Assembly: GCA_023253175.1 (NCBI GenBank)
Contig: JALRHH010000001.1
Location: 364,020 to 428,019, forward strand
DNA length: 64,000 nt
DNA from: Candidatus Saccharimonadia bacterium
Lineage (GTDB): Bacteria > Patescibacteriota > Saccharimonadia > Saccharimonadales > JALRHH01
Direction: 5' to 3'
Translations under genes and position numbers: made by a program
The notes under the pieces: generated by a model
Told to the model about the DNA's origin: nothing
The model's database searches: none
What the model saw: the letters and a program-made list of their open reading frames with translations, nothing else
Shown: piece by piece, positions 17,382 to 24,996 of the stretch
Layout of the letters: the number at the start of each line of letters is the position of its first letter
How positions within the stretch are numbered: the stretch's first letter is position 1

Positions 17382-18854
17382 CTAATCTTCGCCGAGATTG
17401 AGGTCAGTCCAGATAAGCCCTTGCTTATTTGTATCCACGACAGTTGGGCCAACAGTATAAAGACGGTTGTAGTCACGATCAAACATCGGAATAAATGCGT
17501 TATTTGTAGTAACGAGCGTCTGCGCATTGAGTCCATCGTAATCAAACACCGTCATCTTGTTGTCATTACCAACGAGCATAAGTCGGTGACCATCCATCCA
17601 CTTGGCCTTATATTTTTCAGGGATCGCAATCTTTGTATCATATTTATACTGCTGTTCTGTTTCGAAATCATACAAGGCAAAACGAGATCCAGCCTGAACT
17701 GCGATAAACCTTGCGTTACCAGAGAATGACATATACTGTGCGCCCTCAAGTCGAAGTAGCAGCAGCGGAGCCAGAACCTTACTCTGATCCTTAAGGGTAT
17801 CTACGGGGTTCTTGTATATATAGACTTTACCGTCGGCAGTCGCAGAGCCAATCACATAGGTATCACCATCAAACTCTGCCATATTGAGCAGATATGCATC
17901 ACTGCGGACAAGCTCACGAAGCTGATAGGTGGTTTTGCCGTCTTTAAGTTTGAGCTGCACCTTTTCTGTCGTAGCATCAGCTGCTGTAGTGTAGAGTAGT
18001 GTCTCGTCTTTGTACGGCCAGAATGCATAGACTTGGTCGAGAATTTTTTCTGTTGTTTTAGCCTTTGCATCACCGCTCAGCAAGACACCACTCGCGGTAT
18101 CGTGAAGATATAATTGGTCATATTTTTTGTCACGAAGCATCACGTTTTGGTACGCCTTGCCAAACTGCTGCGTAACATTATATGTTTGGGCGCCATCTTG
18201 ACGATCAAACACGATATAGTCATAACCGCCATCGTATACATTCTTGAGCAGGACATGACGATTGTCAGTAGACCACTCCACCATTTCAAGTCTAGCATTC
18301 GCTTTGCCGGCCAAAATCGCAGAAGGAATTGTCACTGGCGTAATAGGCAGCTGCTTATCACTTGTGTCGAGCACTTGGAATTGGTTAATAGCTGCCTGAT
18401 TATGGATAACGATCCAGCGACGGTCCGGTGATTCCGTCACAAGATCAGGCTGAGCTGTAAATGTCTGAATATCAGTGCTCGTGAGCTTATTAGGGAACAA
18501 GAATGGATACACCAGCCGTACAATATTAGCGCCGTGCAGCGTAAAGTCGCGCTTCCAGGTACGATAGCCATCTCGCTGGAGCTCCACATTATATGTGCCA
18601 GCCTCTAGTACGAAACGACCATCAGTTTGGCCGCGGTCTTGGCCATTGATGTACATACGTGCTGCCTGGGGATGCGCATCTACGAAAAGTAGACCATTCT
18701 GCGTAACTTCACCGGTTGAACGATTGATGCCATATCCAAACGCCGCAAAGAGCAGCAGTACTGACGCCAAAAACAATGCAATCGTAACGAGAGCATAGCC
18801 TATATAGAGGCGAATGATGTGGGATCGTTTCTTTCGGGGATCAAGGAAATCCAT
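17382..18854 (-). CDS. PEGA-domain protein with a C-terminal beta-propeller-like region; N-terminal TM anchor
   Basis: The TM helix is followed by a PEGA-like segment (ARMYINGQDRGQTDGRFVLEAGTYNVELQRDGYRTWKRDFTL). The remainder is repetitive and beta-rich. Confidence 0.75.
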   Translation of the reverse strand: MDFLDPRKKRSHIIRLYIGYALVTIALFLASVLLLFAAFGYGINRSTGEVTQNGLLFVDAHPQAARMYINGQDRGQTDGRFVLEAGTYNVELQRDGYRTWKRDFTLHGANIVRLVYPFLFPNKLTSTDIQTFTAQPDLVTESPDRRWIVIHNQAAINQFQVLDTSDKQLPITPVTIPSAILAGKANARLEMVEWSTDNRHVLLKNVYDGGYDYIVFDRQDGAQTYNVTQQFGKAYQNVMLRDKKYDQLYLHDTASGVLLSGDAKAKTTEKILDQVYAFWPYKDETLLYTTAADATTEKVQLKLKDGKTTYQLRELVRSDAYLLNMAEFDGDTYVIGSATADGKVYIYKNPVDTLKDQSKVLAPLLLLRLEGAQYMSFSGNARFIAVQAGSRFALYDFETEQQYKYDTKIAIPEKYKAKWMDGHRLMLVGNDNKMTVFDYDGLNAQTLVTTNNAFIPMFDRDYNRLYTVGPTVVDTNKQGLIWTDLNLGED

Positions 18855-18987
18855 CTAGCATACAGTATATGACGGAAGAGTCGAATTGTGTATAAAAAAT
18901 ATACCCAAAATGTATTGCATTAACCCATTACTGCAGAGTACTATATGCATACGTAACTAAAACGCTTAAGGTAGGGGACAACAACAG

Positions 18988-20079
18988 ATGGCGAAGCACG
19001 TCATAGAACTAAATGGCCAGAAATACGACGCAACCACCGGTCAGATAGTTTCAGCCCCCACCGAAACCAAAAAAGCCCAACCAGCCAGCGCAGTACCCAA
19101 GCATCTTGATGGATTCAGCCGACGTGCAGCACCAGCCCGCGCAGCGGCTATACCAAAGCCAGTACACGCCAAGACACAGAAATCGCAGACACTCATGCGC
19201 AAGGTTGTTAAAAAACCAGTTACGCCAGCTAAAGTCCACCATCAAGTTGCAGCACCAAGTGCAGCGCAAAAGACAGTCAAAGCGACCCCTAAATTTGACG
19301 TTGAAAAGCCAGGACGTACCATCCGGGCCAACAACATCAGCCAGAGCAATCTCATCAGCAAGTTCGGTAAGCAGCCTGCCAATATCAAGTCACAGATCAT
19401 GCCAGTGAAGGCAGCCCCTGTTGATGTAGCGCCCAAAAAACCAACCACCGCAACTGCAAAGTCTGCTCAGAAAGCGCCAGCAACAGCACCGGTCGTATCC
19501 TCAGTTGCGAAGCCAGACCGTAAAGACGTATTCCAGACTGCAATCGAAAATGCTGCGAGCCACAGTAGTCCAAAGCTTAAAAAAGCCAAAGTTCATCACC
19601 GCGTCGCAAAGAAGCTTCACGTCAGCCCACGCCTCATTAGCTTTACCGGCGTAACCTTGAGCATACTGGCAGTAGGAAGCCTACTGGCATATCAAAACAT
19701 GCCAGAAATCGCCATGAAGATCGCATCGACAAGGGCGGGACTGAATGCAAGCCTACCGGCATATCAACCTTCAGGTTTTGCGCTGGCCGGACCAATCAAA
19801 TATGACAGTGGTGAAGTAACGCTTAACTACAAATCAAACAGCGACCAGCGAGCGTTTAATGTGGTGCAGAAGAATTCTTCCTGGAACAGTGAAACACTGC
19901 TCGAAAATTTCGTAGAGACAAATAGCCAGCCGTACCAGACATTCCAAGCAAATGGCCGTACCATCTATATATATGACGGCAATAAAGCGACTTGGGTAGA
20001 TGGCGGTGTCTGGTACAACATTGACGGTCAGGCAAACCTCAACAGTGATCAGCTCCTCAAGATTGCTGAAAGTCTTTAG
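18988..20079 (+). CDS. Membrane-anchored protein: basic Ala/Pro/Lys-rich N-terminal region, one TM helix, DUF4367-like C-terminal domain
   Basis: 363-aa ORF with TM helix ISFTGVTLSILAVGSLLAY. The C-terminal globular part resembles anti-sigma-associated DUF4367. Weak assignment made by eye. Confidence 0.55.
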   Translation: MAKHVIELNGQKYDATTGQIVSAPTETKKAQPASAVPKHLDGFSRRAAPARAAAIPKPVHAKTQKSQTLMRKVVKKPVTPAKVHHQVAAPSAAQKTVKATPKFDVEKPGRTIRANNISQSNLISKFGKQPANIKSQIMPVKAAPVDVAPKKPTTATAKSAQKAPATAPVVSSVAKPDRKDVFQTAIENAASHSSPKLKKAKVHHRVAKKLHVSPRLISFTGVTLSILAVGSLLAYQNMPEIAMKIASTRAGLNASLPAYQPSGFALAGPIKYDSGEVTLNYKSNSDQRAFNVVQKNSSWNSETLLENFVETNSQPYQTFQANGRTIYIYDGNKATWVDGGVWYNIDGQANLNSDQLLKIAESL

Positions 20080-20093
20080 CCGGCTTACCTAAC

Positions 20094-20124
20094 TTGCGAT
20101 TTTACACTTTCATGCTATTATAAT
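20094..20124 (+). promoter_or_regulatory. Sigma-70-like promoter in front of the structured region upstream of gltX
   Basis: TTGCGA (20094-20099), then TATTAT/TATAAT (20116-20124) at 16-19 nt spacing. Confidence 0.45.
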
Positions 20125-20160
20125 ATTGCAAATCGAGAGACTTTTCGGTTTTTGCACTTT

Positions 20161-20673
20161 TGCAGACGTTTTGACCCCTCAGGCTGCAGGGCTGGCGACA
20201 CGGACAATCCCGTCCACATAAATCAAGGTGTGTTGTCAGTCCTGCTGTAGACGGGTGTTGTGATCTGTCGGTGTCCCCCCGGCAAGAGAACCGCACTCGA
20301 GGAGTGGGCCGGCATCGTTACTACTACTACGATGAGCCGCAGGGCATACCCGCGCCCGGCCCACTCCGTACCACCCCTAAGGAAATGATAGAGACCGGTG
20401 AGCCCGATGTTGCCCATATTGCATATGGTGTGCAAAGAGCACGAAGGCCGTCCAACGGTACCGCTCCGTCGGGCTCACCTCTCTTAAAACCCCAAGTCTG
20501 GGTGGGTAGCGTAAAAGGTATGTTGAAAAGGCAACTAGTCACTAGTGTCCGTACCAAGCCTAGCACCGGCAAGTGCGAACGGCTTCGCTACCCAACCTGC
20601 CATTTTGGCGAAAGACAGTTGGTCGAGCTTATGCTCCCACATCCTTCCGCCAAAACCCCGAAAAACGTCTGCA
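20161..20673 (+). ncRNA. Candidate large structured RNA of unknown family
   Basis: Closing helix 20161-20172/20662-20673 (12 bp). Internal perfect helices 20301-20312/20356-20367 (12 bp) and 20397-20407/20469-20479 (11 bp), plus 20500-20511/20586-20597 (11 of 12). Several nested hairpins. GC-rich with no credible ORF. Confidence 0.55.
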
Positions 20674-20756
20674 GTACCTATCAGAATTCACGAAGCATCG
20701 TGGCTTGTGCAAGGTAGCATTCCCATAACAGGGGTAATCTGGTAAACTACCTAACG

Positions 20757-22187
20757 ATGAACAAACCCGTTAGAACCAGATTCGCCCCATCACCAACCGG
20801 ACTCCTCCATGTCGGCGGTATACGAACCGCGCTTTTTGCGTGGCTATACGCCCGACAGAATAATGGCCAATTCATCCTACGATTCGAAGACACCGATAAA
20901 GCCCGCGAAAAGGATGGCGCGCGCGAACACCTTATTCAGAGCCTACGATCCCTGGGGCTACAGTATGATGAAGGACCCGATATCGGCGGACCCCACGCAC
21001 CCTACATTCAAAGCGAACGTCTAGAGATTTATAAGCAGTGGGCACAGCGCCTTATTGACAGTGGACGCGCCTACGCAGATCCATATTCACCAGAAGAGGT
21101 CCAGGCGTTCAGGGACCAGGCCAGAGCAGAGAAGAAGCCATTCTTGTATCGAAACCACCGGCCAGAAAACCCAAAAGCATGGGACGGCAGCACACCTCTC
21201 AGATTCAAGTCAGACCCCAAAGCCTACACCTGGAACGACGCAGTTATCGGTGACGTCAGTACAGGTCCAGAAGTTATTGACGACTTCATCCTCATAAAAT
21301 CCGATGGCTACCCGACCTATAACTTCTGTCATATTGTTGATGATGCCGAAATGGAAATTACCCATATTTTCCGCGGGCAAGAATTTATTGCCAGCGTGCC
21401 AAATTATTTAAACCTGTACGAAGCACTTGGGCTCCAGCCACCTGTAATGGCCCACATGCCACATATCATGGCCGAAGGCGGAAAGCGTAAGCTAAGCAAG
21501 CGCGATGGCGCAAAGGACGTACTCGATTACATCCGTGAAGGGTACCTGCCAGAAGCACTTCGCAGCTTTATTGCGACCCTTGGATGGAACGATGGCACAG
21601 AGCAAGAAGTATTCACCACCGATGAACTCATTGCGAAATTCTCGCTTAATCGTATCGGCAAGAGCGGAGCACTCTTTGATGAACGCCGTCTAAATTGGGT
21701 AAATGGATCATTCATTCGTGAGTTATCACTGGACGAACTATATGAGCGCAGCAAATCGTATCTTCCCAAAAGCGCAGCTTCTTTTGACGAAGCATACAAA
21801 AAACAAGTCGTTGGCCTCGCACAGGAGCGGCTTAAGTACTTTGCAGAACTACCAGAACTCACTGATTTCTTCTTTGAAGATCTTCCGGTAAATCCAGAAC
21901 TCATGAGCGGCCACAAGCAACTAAAAAAAACTGAACCACAAGAACTAAAACAACTTCTCGAATCAGCACTTGAAACAATTTCGGAGAGCAGCTTTACGGT
22001 AGATGATCTGACCACTAGGCTCAACCAGCTCCTCGAAGCAAGTGGCCAAAAGCCAGCTGTACTATTCAGCCTGATTCGTATCGCCACTACGCAGGCACCA
22101 AATAGCCCGGGGCTCGCCGACACGCTCGCCGTATTAGGAAGAGAAACAACGCTTCGCCGTATAAAATCACAGTTAGCCTCATTTTAA
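20757..22187 (+). CDS. gltX: Glutamate--tRNA ligase
   Basis: RFAPSPTGLLHVGGIRTALF (HIGH region) and KLSKR (KMSKS region). Full-length class I GluRS layout. Confidence 0.97.
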   Translation: MNKPVRTRFAPSPTGLLHVGGIRTALFAWLYARQNNGQFILRFEDTDKAREKDGAREHLIQSLRSLGLQYDEGPDIGGPHAPYIQSERLEIYKQWAQRLIDSGRAYADPYSPEEVQAFRDQARAEKKPFLYRNHRPENPKAWDGSTPLRFKSDPKAYTWNDAVIGDVSTGPEVIDDFILIKSDGYPTYNFCHIVDDAEMEITHIFRGQEFIASVPNYLNLYEALGLQPPVMAHMPHIMAEGGKRKLSKRDGAKDVLDYIREGYLPEALRSFIATLGWNDGTEQEVFTTDELIAKFSLNRIGKSGALFDERRLNWVNGSFIRELSLDELYERSKSYLPKSAASFDEAYKKQVVGLAQERLKYFAELPELTDFFFEDLPVNPELMSGHKQLKKTEPQELKQLLESALETISESSFTVDDLTTRLNQLLEASGQKPAVLFSLIRIATTQAPNSPGLADTLAVLGRETTLRRIKSQLASF

Positions 22188-22266
22188 ATTTGCGTAGTAG
22201 CTAAACTATCTGCTACTATACAAAGTAAAGAATAGAATAACTACAGAAAGCTAAAGAGGGTCCTGT

Positions 22267-23733
22267 ATGGTCAAAAAAGCTCTGCACAAAAACTATGTGC
22301 TCTTAATCATCGCGGTCGCACAGTTCATGGTAGTACTTGATACTTCGATCGTGAACGTGGCGCTGCCGTCAATCTTCCATGGACTTGGCTATGCCAGCGA
22401 AAGTAGCCTACAGTGGGTTGTTACGGCCTATACATTGGCGTTCGGTGGGTTCCTACTTCTCGGTGGCCGTGCGGCTGACCTATTTGGTCGTAAGAAAATG
22501 TTTATGTACGCCGTTGCAGCCTTTACCGTTATGTCACTACTCTGTGGTCTTGCGCAGACCAGCACCCAGATGAATGCGCTCAGGGCGCTTCAGGGTCTTT
22601 CGGCAGCCTTTATGTCACCAGCTGCGCTATCTATCATCCTGACGACCTTTAAGGAAGGCAAGGAGCGCGCAAAAGCCCTCAGTGTCTGGGGTGCCGTTGC
22701 TGCCGGTGGAGCAGCAGCCGGTGTACTATTTGGTGGTATTTTGACTCAGTATCTTGACTGGCGCTGGAACTTCTTTGTAAACGTACCTGTTGGCATCGCT
22801 GTGTTCTTAGCAGCCCGTTGGTACGTACCCGAAAGTAAGGCAGATCTTGACCACCAAAAGCTTGATTTGCCAGGTGCAGTCAGCGTTACCGCAGGACTTA
22901 TCGCACTTGTATATGCAATCACGCTCGCACCAGACAAGGGCTGGGGTAGCAGCGAAACACTGGGCTTCCTCGCATCATCTGTAGTGCTGCTTGGCTTCTT
23001 CCTCTGGAACGAGGCGCGTAGCAAACATGCACTCATGCCGCTGAGTATCTTCAAGATCGGTAACGTAGCGGGCGCAAACGCAGCACAGTTGCCAATGATC
23101 GCTGCTATGTTCTCGGTGTTCTTCTTTGTGTCACTATATGTGCAAACAATCCTTGGCTTCTCGCCTGTCCGAACTGGACTCAGCTTCTTGCCAATTCCAT
23201 TCGTCATTGGACTCATCTCATCACAAATGCCAAAGGTTATTCACAAATACGGATATAAACTACCACTTGTAACCGGACCACTCTTTGTGTCCCTAGCACT
23301 ATTCCTCATGTCACGAATCACCGTGGACGGAAACTACTTTACTGACGTATTGCCTGGACTCATTCTGATGGGAATTGGTATGGGACAAGTATTTATATCC
23401 GTAACCATTGCTGCAACGGCTGGCGTCCCAGCCAAGGAGTCAGGTCTTGCCTCGGGCATGCTTAATACCTCACAGCAGATTGGTGGCGCACTCGGACTCG
23501 CGATCCTATCAGGTATCGCCACAGCTGGCGCAAAGGCTTACCAGGTCAATAACGTACAACTGCCTGCAGATCCAGAAAAGGCTCAGCAGCTCATTGCCGC
23601 CGCAGCGCAAGTTAATGGCTTCCAGGATGCACTATTTGTAGCAGCGTTCTTCCCGCTGATCACTTCTGCTGTTGCACTCTTCTTTATTCGCCACTACAAG
23701 ACTGACGACTCGGCCGCAGCCATTCACGTCTAA
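22267..23733 (+). CDS. MFS transporter, DHA2 (EmrB/QacA-like, 14-TMS)
   Basis: LDTSIVNVALPSI, GGRAADLFGRKKMF, and about 14 hydrophobic segments. Confidence 0.9.
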   Translation: MVKKALHKNYVLLIIAVAQFMVVLDTSIVNVALPSIFHGLGYASESSLQWVVTAYTLAFGGFLLLGGRAADLFGRKKMFMYAVAAFTVMSLLCGLAQTSTQMNALRALQGLSAAFMSPAALSIILTTFKEGKERAKALSVWGAVAAGGAAAGVLFGGILTQYLDWRWNFFVNVPVGIAVFLAARWYVPESKADLDHQKLDLPGAVSVTAGLIALVYAITLAPDKGWGSSETLGFLASSVVLLGFFLWNEARSKHALMPLSIFKIGNVAGANAAQLPMIAAMFSVFFFVSLYVQTILGFSPVRTGLSFLPIPFVIGLISSQMPKVIHKYGYKLPLVTGPLFVSLALFLMSRITVDGNYFTDVLPGLILMGIGMGQVFISVTIAATAGVPAKESGLASGMLNTSQQIGGALGLAILSGIATAGAKAYQVNNVQLPADPEKAQQLIAAAAQVNGFQDALFVAAFFPLITSAVALFFIRHYKTDDSAAAIHV

Positions 23734-23754
23734 ATCTCTTAGTAAAGATATGTA

Positions 23755-23782
23755 AAAGACCTCCGTATCCGGAGGTCTTTTG
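23755..23782 (+). terminator. Rho-independent terminator (A-run upstream, so potentially bidirectional)
   Basis: AAAA-GACCTCCG-TATC-CGGAGGTC-TTTT. Confidence 0.8.
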
Positions 23783-23993
23783 TAATCTTTCATCCTTTTG
23801 GATCATACCCCATTGAGGTATGAGGTCCTTCATTCGGAACATAATTTTGAGCAAGTTCAAAATATACGCTACCTCATTCGAGACCCTCATCAGTACAAAC
23901 ACGCATTTGTATAGATTACGTGAGGTGGGTGGGTCCGGCGACAGGGCATTATAGCCATATATGTCGCCGGACCACACCGCACCTCTTCAGGAG

Positions 23994-24830
23994 CTAGCTG
24001 CCCAGCTTGCCGGCCAGCCAGATCAGCTCGTGCCAGTAGATGTCCGGACGCATGTACAGGTCGTGCGCCAGACCCGGCACTGCAGTCAGCGTGAACGAAG
24101 ACTTCGCGCTCATCCTTGCGCCGATGGCACCAGCCGGAGGGAAGGTGAGCGTACGCCCATCGATCCAGGTGTTGCCACCGTTGTACGGAACGACCGCGTC
24201 CAGTCCACCGTGCCACTGGGCGAGATTGACGCCGTCCTTGTTGCAGGGACCGGTGTAGGTGCCCGCGAACGAAGCCGCCGCCTTGAAGACGTCCGGTCGC
24301 TCGCACGCCGCCTTGTGGCTGAGCATACCGCCATTGGAGTCGCCCATCAGACCCACACCGCTGCGCTTCACGCCGTAGTCCACGTCGATCTGCTCGACCG
24401 CCTTGACCAGGTAGCCGACGTCGTCGACCCGGGTCTCGTAGGTGCAGCAAATGCCGCTGTCCCAGCGGAGCGTACCACCCTTGCTGACCGAGTAGACGAA
24501 GATGACGTTCGGCCAGATCGCCGCCAGGTTGTTGAGCGCCGCCGTGGCATTGCTCTGGCCCTCCTGCGTTCCGGCGGGGTGCGAGTAGATGACGAGCGGC
24601 CTCGGCTGCGCGATGCTGTCGACACACGCCTGCTCCGTCGCCGGTGCGCAGGTAGGAACGCGCGCGTAGAACACACGTCCGTCGTCCTGCGTGAACTGCT
24701 TGACCTCCCAGCCGTTTGTGACTGCGGCCGCACTTGCTCCTACCGGAACCGGCACAACCGCCTGGACGAAGATGCTCGCTACACTCACACTGAGCACAGC
24801 GATCAACCTACGAATCATGACAATCACCAT
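23994..24830 (-). CDS. Secreted esterase, PHB-depolymerase/LpqC-like alpha/beta hydrolase (high-GC island)
   Basis: Signal peptide MIRRLIAVLSVSVASIFVQA and nucleophile elbow GDSNGGM. Of the many overlapping ORFs here, this is the only frame with a protein-like sequence. Confidence 0.75.
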   Translation of the reverse strand: MVIVMIRRLIAVLSVSVASIFVQAVVPVPVGASAAAVTNGWEVKQFTQDDGRVFYARVPTCAPATEQACVDSIAQPRPLVIYSHPAGTQEGQSNATAALNNLAAIWPNVIFVYSVSKGGTLRWDSGICCTYETRVDDVGYLVKAVEQIDVDYGVKRSGVGLMGDSNGGMLSHKAACERPDVFKAAASFAGTYTGPCNKDGVNLAQWHGGLDAVVPYNGGNTWIDGRTLTFPPAGAIGARMSAKSSFTLTAVPGLAHDLYMRPDIYWHELIWLAGKLGS

Positions 24831-24996
24831 TTCTTCCTGAATTGTTGCGGCTTACTCGGGTTCAACCGCAGGTACACACTCAACCATCTCTAGGAGTGAC
24901 AACGGTAACAATACCATCCTAGGGAGTATATGCAAAGTTGTTTATGCAGTCTAAATACTTCAGTCCTACAACTGTTTAGGATCATAATAAACAAGA

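Noticed and set aside
20102-20745. Five overlapping ORFs (for example 20271..20717, 148 aa) in the region upstream of gltX
   Set aside because: Their sequences are Arg/Pro/Gly-rich and not protein-like, and they overlap in several frames. The region is dominated by long-range complementary segments, so I treat it as RNA.
20130-20756. RNase P RNA, tmRNA, T-box leader, or group I/II intron identity for the region upstream of gltX
   Set aside because: There are partial resemblances (AGTCCTGCTGTAGACGGGTG, GGCAAGAGAACCGCAC, ACAGTTGGTCGAGCTTAT, ACGGTACCGC). However, the invariant GGAAAGUCC/ACAGAA...GGCUUA P4 pairing cannot be formed. There is no GGGG...CCACCA tRNA-like domain and no GGGUGGUACCGCG T-box with a 5'-side bulge. 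There is also no GUGYG/domain V signature. A cmsearch run is needed to be sure.
23890-24893. Long alternative-frame and antisense ORFs in island 1 (23890..24627, 23961..24893, 24368..24733 and others)
   Set aside because: They are Arg/Pro/Ala/Gly-rich artefacts of stop-poor high-GC DNA. Only 23994..24830 has a signal peptide and hydrolase motifs.
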